IMG/VR virus record: IMGVR_UViG_3300035696_000004
Coordinates: 64,001-128,000 of that record
Origin: a virus
Lineage: Duplodnaviria; Caudoviricetes
DNA: 64,000 bases
Reading direction: 5' to 3' (one strand)
Every line of letters begins with the position of its first letter. Within the stretch, counting starts at the first letter, position 1. The translations under genes were made by a program, and so were the position numbers. The notes under the pieces were generated by a model. The model was not told the DNA's origin and did not search any database. It was given only the letters and a program-made list of their open reading frames with translations. Below, piece by piece: positions 17,020 to 25,704 of the stretch.

Positions 17020-17787
17020 TTACAAACGTGCAGTGGTGACGCCGGTCTGACCTTGATACTTCCCGCCACGATCCTTGTAACTGGTTCGGCACGGATTACC
17101 GCGCAGGAAGACCACCTGTGCTACGCCTTCGTTGGCGTAGATCTTTGCCGGGAGCGGTGTCGTGTTGGAGAACTCCAGCGTGACATATCCTTCCCATTCC
17201 GGTTCGAACGGCGTGACGTTCACGATGATACCGCATCGTGCGTATGTCGACTTGCCGAGGCAAATCGTCAAGATATTCCGAGGGATACGGAAGTACTCCA
17301 CCGTTCGTGCCAGAGCAAACGAGTTCGGCGGGATGATGCAGTAGCCTTTCCCGGACACTTCCACGAAAGAGGTCGGATCGAAGTTCTTCGGGTCGACGAT
17401 AGCGCTGTTGATGTTCGTGAAGACCTTGAACTCATCAGCGCACTGGATGTCGTACCCGTACGAGCTGAGTCCGAACGAAATGACTTTCTCACCGTCGACC
17501 TCGCGGATCTGTTCCCCGTGGAAAGGTTCGATCATCGGTTCAAACTTGTACGAGCTATCGTACGGTACATAATCGACCGTCACCGGTACGACACTACTCC
17601 AGGTGTCGCGCATCGCTTCCATGACTCGACGGGCTTTAAAAACACCATCGTAGATCGGAATCGTCTGAATGATAGCCCCTTCCAAATCTTTAATGATTAC
17701 CCGGCCAGTTTCCGGGGTGCAGCGCGCTTCGATCTCGAAGTCAGCGAGCAAGATACTCTCAATGTAATCCGAAGCCGTAGGTTCCAT
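17020..17787 (-). CDS. dcd: dCTP deaminase
   Basis: [58 protein letters not shown]; roughly 60-aa N-terminal insertion. Confidence 0.95.
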   Translation of the reverse strand: MEPTASDYIESILLADFEIEARCTPETGRVIIKDLEGAIIQTIPIYDGVFKARRVMEAMRDTWSSVVPVTVDYVPYDSSYKFEPMIEPFHGEQIREVDGEKVISFGLSSYGYDIQCADEFKVFTNINSAIVDPKNFDPTSFVEVSGKGYCIIPPNSFALARTVEYFRIPRNILTICLGKSTYARCGIIVNVTPFEPEWEGYVTLEFSNTTPLPAKIYANEGVAQVVFLRGNPCRTSYKDRGGKYQGQTGVTTARL

Positions 17788-17802
17788 CTTCTTATACCTT
17801 GT

Positions 17803-18150
17803 TTAACGAACACTTTCCAGATACACCAGGCAGCGTTCAATGTGTTTATCTGTCAAACGATCCGACAGTTTGGAAAAGAGGAGCGCCAGGTCACGAAAAC
17901 CCTCGTATTCCTTCTCACCAAACAAGACGATATCCAGTTCATCACTGAAATGCCCAATCGCCTTACGTGCACGATTAAAGGCATTCAACGCCGTATCACT
18001 GTGTCGCCGTCCGCCGACTAAGCGAATACCGTGTAGGGCGATGATGATGTAGTCTCCAAATGCTGAGAGACTGGTTGCGGTGAAACCTGGATCACGACAA
18101 TGGTCCAGGAGTTCATACAACACGAGTTCTACTGATTGCGTCTGCGTCAT
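17803..18150 (-). CDS. Hypothetical protein
   Basis: 115-aa ORF in operon. Confidence 0.6.
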   Translation of the reverse strand: MTQTQSVELVLYELLDHCRDPGFTATSLSAFGDYIIIALHGIRLVGGRRHSDTALNAFNRARKAIGHFSDELDIVLFGEKEYEGFRDLALLFSKLSDRLTDKHIERCLVYLESVR

Positions 18151-18515
18151 CCGAGGACGAGCTCCGCGTAATGCTGGGCGCTTTGGAAGAGCTCCGGCGT
18201 GAGCCGTTTCTCTACTTTGGTGTAGGTTTCAGCGAGGGTCTGAATACGCTTAAACAACACCGGGTCAAACTCCAGCGTGGATTCATCATCCGACATACTG
18301 GGGTGGTTGATGATATCGGTCATGGCTCGAAAGCCCTGATCGGCATCTTCAGCTAGGAATCGACTACCGACCTTCTTGACCGCATACGCTGCGACCGAGA
18401 GGATTTTAGCGAACGTCTCCTTATTCGCATTACTGAGCCAACCATTGTTGTACGTGACAACCTGTTGATGCAGCTTGATTTCGAAGTCTTCGAACATGCT
18501 GTTTTCTTTGCTCAT
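18147..18515 (-). CDS. Hypothetical protein
   Basis: 122-aa ORF in operon. Confidence 0.65.
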   Translation of the reverse strand: MSKENSMFEDFEIKLHQQVVTYNNGWLSNANKETFAKILSVAAYAVKKVGSRFLAEDADQGFRAMTDIINHPSMSDDESTLEFDPVLFKRIQTLAETYTKVEKRLTPELFQSAQHYAELVLG

Positions 18516-18548
18516 TTTGTCATGACCCTTGTTAACGAGTGGAACGTT

Positions 18549-18953
18549 TTAATACAGCGGATATTGATACAGCGGAATGGAATTCGGTAATACCAGTTCT
18601 TCTTTTCGATGCGACTTCTTTTTTACAGCGATGACACTCAGCAACGTGTTGGAGGGCCCACTGGTATCGAAGACCGGTTCGATTTCAATCATGTCATCGA
18701 TGACCGTCGTTGACCAGCCATCCAGTACGGATTTGGGTAACGCACCGCCGTCGACCATTGCCAGCACATATTCCCAAAATAACTGGCGCAGTTTGACAAT
18801 ACTCACGAGATGTAGCGCCGGGGACCGGAGCGACTCATCAGCGAGTGATCCGGTAAGCGACATGATGAACTGGGCTTCAAAACGATCACCCCACTCCACC
18901 GCATGATCATTCAACGAAACAATGCTGACGATCCCCTTAACACGCACTTTCAT
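18549..18953 (-). CDS. Hypothetical protein
   Basis: 134-aa ORF, overlap-coupled. Confidence 0.6.
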   Translation of the reverse strand: MKVRVKGIVSIVSLNDHAVEWGDRFEAQFIMSLTGSLADESLRSPALHLVSIVKLRQLFWEYVLAMVDGGALPKSVLDGWSTTVIDDMIEIEPVFDTSGPSNTLLSVIAVKKKSHRKEELVLPNSIPLYQYPLY

Positions 18954-19444
18954 GGCAAATCCTTTTTAAGTGATACGATAGCGTCCCTATCAAAGTACCA
19001 ACCCAATCCACCTGTCTCACCATATTTTTGGATGACGATCGTCCTCCAATCAAGCCAACTATGAAATCGGTAGAATGCGTACCCCTCTTTATCACGCAAC
19101 GTCAGCTCGTCATAAAGACCGGAAACCTTCTCGGCGACCTCATGAATAAAGAGGGCGATTTCTTCAATGTCCGCAGTGGGCTTGTGATCGACACCGTTTG
19201 TATCCTCGGGGGGTTTCGCAAGCTGAGAACGAACGCCCTCAATCATGTCATCTAGCGCATCTGGCCAATTTCGTTTACAGACCAGTCCATCAAAGATCCG
19301 AGTCAAGAGACTCGTCATGTTGAGGGTATACTTTTCCCCGAGCAATATTTCAAACGCGACCCATGGCTGTCGGACAATCGGTTCGATATCCAGAACGAGA
19401 TAAGCCGGGCCTTTTATTTTTTTCATTTCTTCATCGTAACTCAT
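18950..19444 (-). CDS. Hypothetical protein, probable paralog of 19431..19829
   Basis: GPAYLVLDI..IFDGL..ELTLRDKEGYAFYRF vs YPKYIILEI..CIDGV..ELVRLGVYHLAGSHDY. Confidence 0.65.
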   Translation of the reverse strand: MSYDEEMKKIKGPAYLVLDIEPIVRQPWVAFEILLGEKYTLNMTSLLTRIFDGLVCKRNWPDALDDMIEGVRSQLAKPPEDTNGVDHKPTADIEEIALFIHEVAEKVSGLYDELTLRDKEGYAFYRFHSWLDWRTIVIQKYGETGGLGWYFDRDAIVSLKKDLP

Positions 19445-19829
19445 TATTCTTGCCCCAATGCATCAGAGTGAACGTCTTGGTATCGAAACGACACGAGTAG
19501 ACATAGTCATGACTTCCAGCGAGATGGTAGACGCCCAATCTCACCAGCTCGGAATAAAAAGCAAACCCTGCCTCCATCACCGCTCTCGCTACCGCCTCAC
19601 CGACTTGAGCACTGTAGGCACGACCATACCGATCTTTCATTCTGATCGATTGGTCCATCATAGCTGATGTTGCTAAGTTTTTATTTACGAGGGCGGTCAT
19701 GACACCATCGATACAATCGTCCACGATCGCTTCTCGCGCCACCTCATCAGGCAGGACGTTGTAGAGCATATCGAAGACGTTAGGAATCTCGAGGATGATG
19801 TATTTGGGGTACTTCACAGGTGTATTCAT
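19431..19829 (-). CDS. Hypothetical protein, probable paralog of 18950..19444
   Basis: See paralog. Confidence 0.65.
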   Translation of the reverse strand: MNTPVKYPKYIILEIPNVFDMLYNVLPDEVAREAIVDDCIDGVMTALVNKNLATSAMMDQSIRMKDRYGRAYSAQVGEAVARAVMEAGFAFYSELVRLGVYHLAGSHDYVYSCRFDTKTFTLMHWGKNNELR

Positions 19830-19850
19830 TTACGCCCCCAGATAGTCACA

Positions 19851-20102
19851 TTACCGATACGGATACGTGACCGAAGTCACCTCGACCGGGTTGTTGGTCA
19901 AGAAGAACTCGATCTCAGCGATCTTTTCCAGAGGCAGATGACCCGGCCATACGCATTTGCCATCGACAAAGTACGCTCGTGCAGGACGCATGGAGCGGTT
20001 GTACTCGATGTTGCCAGCGAGGTCAAAGTCGGCCACGCCATTATCGACGATATCGCCATTGGGGTACACACCACGGGTGTGATGAATGTGTTTTGCTTCC
20101 AT
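19851..20102 (-). CDS. Conserved small phage protein (first gene after early promoter)
   Basis: HHTRGVYPNG..NGV..IEYNRSMRPARAYFVDGKCV; AAGGAG RBS. Confidence 0.7.
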   Translation of the reverse strand: MEAKHIHHTRGVYPNGDIVDNGVADFDLAGNIEYNRSMRPARAYFVDGKCVWPGHLPLEKIAEIEFFLTNNPVEVTSVTYPYR

Positions 20103-20200
20103 ACAGGCTCCTTTTTTAGTGTCATTGAAAACAGAGAACATAAGAATAAAGATGTCGTGTGCTTATTTAGCTTTATGAGCACGAGCCTATGCTCACGTTA

Positions 20201-20225
20201 GTAATATATATTTGAAGTTTTTTAC
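20201..20225 (-). promoter_or_regulatory. Early promoter
   Basis: GTAAAAAACTTCA-AATA-TATATTAC, followed by hairpin GTGAGCAT-AGGCTC-GTGCTCAT. Confidence 0.7.
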
Positions 20226-20255
20226 AATGAGATAAAAAAGAAAAAAGAAGCCACT

Positions 20256-20283
20256 CCTCCTACTCCCTCACGGGAGTAGGAGG
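20256..20283 (-). terminator. Intrinsic terminator
   Basis: cctcctactccc-tcac-gggagtaggagg with T-rich tract on minus strand. Confidence 0.8.
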
Positions 20284-20289
20284 GTATGA

Positions 20290-20409
20290 TCAACGCGGTG
20301 TCACCACCACGTTTAATCCACGCGATTGAGCGTAATCAATGAGCGCCCTCAATTGATTGACATACTGTTGCTTCGCTTTGAAACGCGTCGTGACTTTTTT
20401 GTTCTTCAT
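20290..20409 (-). CDS. Small basic protein (39 aa)
   Basis: MKNKKVTTRFKAKQQYVNQLRALIDYAQSRGLNVVVTPR*, fills gap before terminator. Confidence 0.5.
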   Translation of the reverse strand: MKNKKVTTRFKAKQQYVNQLRALIDYAQSRGLNVVVTPR

Positions 20410-20424
20410 GGTATCGCTTCTTAT

Positions 20425-20976
20425 TTAGAGTTTGGTATTCAGGTGTTTCCAGGTACGACCTTTTACAGCAACGACGACAGTGGCGGCGCTGTAGCCCTCA
20501 TCCTTGGCTTTCTGAACGAGTTCAGCGCGCGTATGGTTCATGGCGTACTGTCGAAACTCGAGGACTTTCTTGCCATCAAGCTTTTTCCTAACCGTGTACG
20601 TACTCGCATCGTGGAGATCGCCGACAAAGCAGTTCTCCGGACCAAAGTCCAGATCCGTATTACGACGGCGAAGAGAGAAGACTTTCCCGAAGGTGGCTTT
20701 CTCCCATTCATCGACGGCTTCGGTGATCCAGCGAGCGAAGTTGGCAAAGCCTTCGGGGTTGTCCTTGTGCCACTCCCATTCGACTTCGATCCCATGCGCG
20801 CCGACCGCATGGTACATTTCAGAACCTTGATTGTAGCAACTGGCATGCATACGTGACCACCGATGATAATGCGGGTGCAGACTGCGACGGTCACGCGTGG
20901 CTGAATTGGTGCGAGAGCTTTTCTTACTCTCTTGGATTTCCGCTTCAGTCGGAAACAGGTTAGCAAGCGATAGCAT
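20425..20976 (-). CDS. HNH-endonuclease-like protein with C-terminal HTH, probably degenerate
   Basis: HYHRWSRMHASCYN..GAHGIEVEWEW..FANF..RRRNTDLDFGPENC. Confidence 0.65.
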   Translation of the reverse strand: MLSLANLFPTEAEIQESKKSSRTNSATRDRRSLHPHYHRWSRMHASCYNQGSEMYHAVGAHGIEVEWEWHKDNPEGFANFARWITEAVDEWEKATFGKVFSLRRRNTDLDFGPENCFVGDLHDASTYTVRKKLDGKKVLEFRQYAMNHTRAELVQKAKDEGYSAATVVVAVKGRTWKHLNTKL

Positions 20977-21514
20977 TGTTGGATTCCTTTTTACGTTCTT
21001 CTTTGAGTAATACCCTCGGTTCGACCGCGTCCACATTCGCCCAGTGTTGACTATTGAGGGCCGAAACGAGCGTTCTGTATTTGAGGGAAAACAGAGCCGC
21101 CAGTTCTTTGAGCGAGGTCATGGGATGGACACGAGCGTATTGTCTGATTTCAACGACCTTGTCGAATGTCAGTACACAACGGCTAGCACTTTGTTGTGTC
21201 TCGATATGCGACAAACGAATGATGCAGTTGTCAGGTGAGAAATTCCCTTTCGGATCCTTACGACCGACTTCAAACGTGGAGCCAGGGGTCCAGCCTAATT
21301 GATTCAATTCCTTTTCGATCCACTGCATGTAGTTGGCAAATCCCAGATAGTTATTCCGGGACCACTCCCATTCGACGCGTACCCCTTTGGCACCGTAGCG
21401 TCGATACTGTTCATTGCGCGGACTATAGCAACGACCGTGCATGCAGATCCAGCGGCGATAAAACGGATGCTTACCTACCGCTTCGAGTAACTTGCTATTC
21501 GGAAAACCGCCCAT
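20960..21514 (-). CDS. HNH-endonuclease-like protein with C-terminal HTH (tandem paralog)
   Basis: HPFYRRWICMHGRCY..YGAKGVRVEWEW..GRKDPKGNFSPDNC..LTFDKVVEIR. Confidence 0.7.
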   Translation of the reverse strand: MGGFPNSKLLEAVGKHPFYRRWICMHGRCYSPRNEQYRRYGAKGVRVEWEWSRNNYLGFANYMQWIEKELNQLGWTPGSTFEVGRKDPKGNFSPDNCIIRLSHIETQQSASRCVLTFDKVVEIRQYARVHPMTSLKELAALFSLKYRTLVSALNSQHWANVDAVEPRVLLKEERKKESNNAIAC

Positions 21515-21568
21515 GATCGGTTCCTTGTTATTAAGAATATCTAACACAACATTTTTAAAGACGGCTTT

Positions 21569-21934
21569 TTAAATGATCGGGACACCTAGCGCACTGAAGA
21601 CGCTCACGATCAACGCGGTACCGATCATGACGAGCAGATGCACGTATTGATCGAACCCGAAGGACAACTTGTTTTTTATCTTCCAGTAGTCGGTGATCCC
21701 ATGGGTCAGGATCTGAACGACCATCGCGATGATGCTCCCGGTGAAGAGCAGAACGAACCCCGCATGGATCATGCAGTGTGCGAAGAGGGCGTGCGGCCAG
21801 ATGTCTTTACCTTCAACAGTCGAAGGGTTCTTGGCTTTTTCGAGGAAGTACCCTTGCAACGGGAAGTCCGCCAGGTAATGTCCAAAGACGAGCCACATCA
21901 AGAGCATGAAGAAGTTCGGATGGAAAAAGGGCAT
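21569..21934 (-). CDS. DUF3307-type membrane protein
   Basis: GHYLADFPLQ..AHCMIH..THGITDYWK..DQYVH. Confidence 0.8.
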   Translation of the reverse strand: MPFFHPNFFMLLMWLVFGHYLADFPLQGYFLEKAKNPSTVEGKDIWPHALFAHCMIHAGFVLLFTGSIIAMVVQILTHGITDYWKIKNKLSFGFDQYVHLLVMIGTALIVSVFSALGVPII

Positions 21935-21989
21935 GATTGTTTTTACTTTCCCTGAGTGAGTTAAATAGGGGGCGTGAGCCCCCTGATGG

Positions 21990-22421
21990 TTAGACGTTGT
22001 CCGGGATGTACCCGTCGATCAGCGCTGTTCTGATCGCAATGCAGGTCACGATGGGTGCGTTCAGATCGCTCAAGATATTGCCGGTCTTGACTTTCGGAAT
22101 GATCACATCGAAACGTTCCGGTACGATATCCGTATCGTTGTACGTCACGATGTCGCCTTCCAGAGTACTCGCCATCGATACATTGATGGAGGTTATGACC
22201 GTCGGCGCATCACTGTCAACGAGGGTGAGGTTGTAGTCCCCGGAATAGCCGTAGCGCATGGCGAAGGTGTTCATGACCGAAGTCAGACGAGCCTTGAACT
22301 CCATAGGCTCGATATGGGTTTCGTTATCATCCTTGAGACCCGAAAACATCCCGACGAAGGATCCGAAGAATGCCGGACCCATGCTGACATCTTCCATAGT
22401 ACGTGCAAATACCGAAATCAT
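21990..22421 (-). CDS. Hypothetical protein
   Basis: 143-aa ORF. Confidence 0.6.
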   Translation of the reverse strand: MISVFARTMEDVSMGPAFFGSFVGMFSGLKDDNETHIEPMEFKARLTSVMNTFAMRYGYSGDYNLTLVDSDAPTVITSINVSMASTLEGDIVTYNDTDIVPERFDVIIPKVKTGNILSDLNAPIVTCIAIRTALIDGYIPDNV

Positions 22422-22473
22422 TTTTTACCCCTTAACGGTTTGATGGTAGAAGAGAACTTAACAAAGGTTGTAT

Positions 22474-22743
22474 TTAACGCTTCATCACCTCGGGTATACG
22501 CAAGCTTTTGACATGCGTACGCGGATTAAGAGGGACACTCTCGTCCGGTGAGATGATCACGACCTCAAAAGGACACGTCCCTTTGATACGTGTTCGGACC
22601 CAACTACTGACGGTGGTCTTGCCACCGATGGCCTTTTCGAAGTGGTATCCGGGACCTTCGATTTTTGCTTCCCTGGGGGCTCTGATGACGATCCAGATCC
22701 CTTCGACTTCCCGAACCCTAGCCTCATATTCAGTGACGTTCAT
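22474..22743 (-). CDS. Conserved small hypothetical protein
   Basis: EYEARVREVEGIWIVIRAP motif. Confidence 0.65.
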   Translation of the reverse strand: MNVTEYEARVREVEGIWIVIRAPREAKIEGPGYHFEKAIGGKTTVSSWVRTRIKGTCPFEVVIISPDESVPLNPRTHVKSLRIPEVMKR

Positions 22744-22749
22744 TATTTT

Positions 22750-23580
22750 TCAACCAAGTGGATGCTCTCTTTTCATGAATGCTTCGTAGAAGGTACCCTC
22801 AGGCACCCTCAGGAGAGACGGGTAACCCAGGTCGTCGATATAGTCCACTAAGGACTTTCGAGAGTCAGCGTAACGCATCAAGACCGAAACACTGGTCCGG
22901 ATATAACGGCACCTCGTTGCAGGATCGAGTTCACGGAATATGGAGTCGGCCATGTTAAAGACGTAATGCACCAGCATGAACTCGGCCGTCAGGCCCGGTA
23001 AAAATGACGACCATCTGCCCCCAAGATACTCGGTCATCGGAATTTCATCAACGAATTGTGGCATGATACCCGCGTCGCATTGGAGCACTGCCGTTTTCAT
23101 GCGTTTGAGGATATTAACTTCCAAAAAGAGAAGATCTTTCCGCTTATCTTCCGGCACATCAAAAAGATCGACGATGATCCGGGAAAAGTTGGCGCTTTCA
23201 AAAAAGTGAGAACGGTCCTTTGGGGATAAATTACGCGGGGCCAAGTACGGGCGCTGCGTCGATGCGCCAAATGGTTCGTTCGGTTGATGGGCGGTGGGTT
23301 GGGGGGCGTAATCGGAACGACACCGGATCTGACGAATACGAGCCAGGGTATAGCCCGTGAGTTTTTGGATGTTCTCGTCGCTTTCGGGTGTGTTCCTGAC
23401 AAAGTCTTCCAGGGTTTGGCCGATATCGGCGTGGATACCGACAAGGACGCGAGCACTCGCGTTGAGGTCGTCTTGAGTCGCGCCGCCGGCGCCAGCACGC
23501 ACGCCTTCGGCAAAGTAACGACGGCATTTGGTGAGCTCGGACTGAATGGCCATGATGAAACTATTGATGGTTCCCGACAT
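22750..23580 (-). CDS. Hypothetical protein
   Basis: 276-aa ORF. Confidence 0.65.
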   Translation of the reverse strand: MSGTINSFIMAIQSELTKCRRYFAEGVRAGAGGATQDDLNASARVLVGIHADIGQTLEDFVRNTPESDENIQKLTGYTLARIRQIRCRSDYAPQPTAHQPNEPFGASTQRPYLAPRNLSPKDRSHFFESANFSRIIVDLFDVPEDKRKDLLFLEVNILKRMKTAVLQCDAGIMPQFVDEIPMTEYLGGRWSSFLPGLTAEFMLVHYVFNMADSIFRELDPATRCRYIRTSVSVLMRYADSRKSLVDYIDDLGYPSLLRVPEGTFYEAFMKREHPLG

Positions 23581-23581
23581 G

Positions 23582-23830
23582 TTAAGCCTTTCTTACGATA
23601 GTATTGATAATGTCCTGGACAGTTGTCCAGTCATCTGCGTCAACACCGAAGAAGCTGACTTCGGTGACACACTCCAGCTCCATCATCAGCTCATCGAGCT
23701 CGATGACCATGTCAAAGTACAGATCATCGACGAGCAAGGTATCCGGTTTGATCTGGTCCGCGTCAAATCCGAAATCCTCGACGAATATTTTCTGGACGAT
23801 TTGGAAAGCATCTTGTTCGCTGATCGACAT
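23582..23830 (-). CDS. Acyl carrier protein-like protein lacking the phosphopantetheine serine
   Basis: Aligns with AcpP (VQKIFVEDFG..LVDDL..ELMMELE..WTTVQDII) but GADSL is replaced by YFDMV. Confidence 0.75.
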   Translation of the reverse strand: MSISEQDAFQIVQKIFVEDFGFDADQIKPDTLLVDDLYFDMVIELDELMMELECVTEVSFFGVDADDWTTVQDIINTIVRKA

Positions 23831-23841
23831 GAGGGGTCTCT

Positions 23842-24165
23842 TTATTCAGTGAGTGTCGGGATTGTGATTTCTTGGAGCACCCTGAAAAGCTTTTCACCGC
23901 GGGCTGTGCAAGCATAATTAACGAGCTTACCGGTTGTAGCGATGAGAACGATGTAGCCGTCCTTGATCAAGTCGTCGACAGACTTATGATTCGGAAGGCT
24001 TGTTATCGGCATCGGACCGATCGTGTAGGTATCGAAGATGACACTGATGCTGGCTTTGTTCATGGTGTCAGAAAAGTCGATGATCTTGGCGGCTTCACGG
24101 ACCTCTGCGATCGATGCGGTCTCGATGTCCGCACCGACGACACTCAGGAGTTTGGTGATATTCAT
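23842..24165 (-). CDS. Hypothetical protein
   Basis: 107-aa ORF; ACTARG motif. Confidence 0.6.
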   Translation of the reverse strand: MNITKLLSVVGADIETASIAEVREAAKIIDFSDTMNKASISVIFDTYTIGPMPITSLPNHKSVDDLIKDGYIVLIATTGKLVNYACTARGEKLFRVLQEITIPTLTE

Positions 24166-24168
24166 TTT

Positions 24169-24606
24169 TTAACCTTGTTTGAATTCAGGGAGTTCGCCAA
24201 AGAGGCGTTCGGCTTTGAATCGAGCCACCCCAACGACAGCAGCAGCGTAAGCGACCCACGGATTACTCGACATGACAACCTCGTCGTAGTAGTCGCCAAC
24301 ATCCTCAGAGCGAAAAGCAGTATGCAACACAGAGTACGCCAGATAGTACTTGTACTCATTGGTGGCAGTTTCTTCGCAGATCTTCGCGTGAATAATACAC
24401 GGATTATCTCCATCGATCTCGATGCTGAGTTTTCGAGCGAGTTCGAACACATCCGCGGGGTTGTTTCTCGGATCCCAATTACATTCCCGAGTACCCCGTT
24501 TGATCATCAGGTGCGGTGCTGTCGATCCCACACCCTCCACGAATTGGATCACACCCAACCCGATCAATTTGGCCATCAATCGGAAATCACGTTCAACTGT
24601 CTTCAT
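24169..24606 (-). CDS. Phage hypothetical protein, paralog of 25062..25559
   Basis: WDPRNNPADVFEL; C-term KAERLFGELPEF. Confidence 0.7.
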   Translation of the reverse strand: MKTVERDFRLMAKLIGLGVIQFVEGVGSTAPHLMIKRGTRECNWDPRNNPADVFELARKLSIEIDGDNPCIIHAKICEETATNEYKYYLAYSVLHTAFRSEDVGDYYDEVVMSSNPWVAYAAAVVGVARFKAERLFGELPEFKQG

Positions 24607-24630
24607 TATTGCACCCCTTTCTTCATTTGC

Positions 24631-25065
24631 TCATTCCGAGCAGTCAAAGTTCGACTCGATAAACCGATCGAAGCTCGCATCATCAGCTTCCAGAATCTGG
24701 CTAGCTACTCGAATGACCGCTGTGACCAAAGCGACCACACCCTTACCTGCCGGAATGATCTCTAGCGAAGGGTCGAAATAGCGTTCACGCGGCGGCCAGC
24801 CGAGCCGCACCCCAACACTCCCAAGTACGTTCTCGCTCGCAATATACTGACCATGAACACCGACATACTTGTCGTTGTCATACAGGAAGGGATCATTACA
24901 GGATGTTCCCAACCCAAGCAACGTAATCAGTTCGAAGCAGTCTGCGCTAAATTCACGCAATTCACGCAAATTCTCAGGGCTGCTGAACAATTCCGTTTCG
25001 AGAAAACTCGAAACTTTTTCTTTGTCCGGCCGGCAGGCCAGGAAACCGAACAGGAGAGGGCTCAT
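24631..25065 (-). CDS. Hypothetical protein
   Basis: 144-aa ORF between paralogs. Confidence 0.55.
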   Translation of the reverse strand: MSPLLFGFLACRPDKEKVSSFLETELFSSPENLRELREFSADCFELITLLGLGTSCNDPFLYDNDKYVGVHGQYIASENVLGSVGVRLGWPPRERYFDPSLEIIPAGKGVVALVTAVIRVASQILEADDASFDRFIESNFDCSE

Positions 25066-25559
25066 TTGAAATTCTCCGGATTAAACTCGGGAAGGTGCCC
25101 GAAGAGTTTCTCAGCCTTCAAAACCGCGACCCGAAAGATGGCGCGCCGCACGGCAAAGACCTTGATTTCGGGTTGTCGAAGTTCATGAGCCGTCAGATCA
25201 CCATGAAGCTTCCATGACACACAGCGGCGTTCAAAGCGCCGCTCCAAGGAATCGGTATCGATTGTGATCCAGGCCTCGACGCTATGTAAAGCTGGGTTGG
25301 TTTCCAACTCGATGTCTTGTGCGACCATCAGATCAAAGGCTTGTGCCGAAAGGTCGTCAGGATTCCATTTCAGTTCGTCCCCGTTAGAAACCCGATAATA
25401 CACACCGTCGCCCGCGATGATCTTAAAATCAAGACCCATCAACTTGGCAGTCAGCGCAGTGTCCCGCATGCTCACCGAGCCACTAACCACCGCTAGCGGT
25501 TTTGTTGATTCTTTTACGGGTCTGACAATGAGATCAAACCCTTCATTCTCTTCGCTCAT
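25062..25559 (-). CDS. Phage hypothetical protein, paralog of 24169..24606
   Basis: WNPDDLSAQAFDL; C-term KAEKLFGHLPEF. Confidence 0.7.
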   Translation of the reverse strand: MSEENEGFDLIVRPVKESTKPLAVVSGSVSMRDTALTAKLMGLDFKIIAGDGVYYRVSNGDELKWNPDDLSAQAFDLMVAQDIELETNPALHSVEAWITIDTDSLERRFERRCVSWKLHGDLTAHELRQPEIKVFAVRRAIFRVAVLKAEKLFGHLPEFNPENFK

Positions 25560-25615
25560 TATTCGCCCACCCCCATGCGTTTGTTGATCGCTTTGACCGT
25601 ATCATTTTGCGTCAT
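25559..25615 (-). CDS. Possible 18-aa micropeptide
   Basis: GAGGA RBS; MTQNDTVKAINKRMGVGE*; TAATG overlap with next gene. Confidence 0.35.
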   Translation of the reverse strand: MTQNDTVKAINKRMGVGE

Positions 25616-25668
25616 GGCATTTCCTCTCTAGGAAAAAGGCGGTAGGGACGAACCCTACCTAGATTAAG

Positions 25669-25689
25669 CCCTCCCCGTTTCGGGGAGGG
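25669..25689 (-). terminator. Stem-loop
   Basis: ccctccccg-ttt-cggggaggg. Confidence 0.65.
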
Positions 25690-25704
25690 TGGTACAACAG
25701 GATG

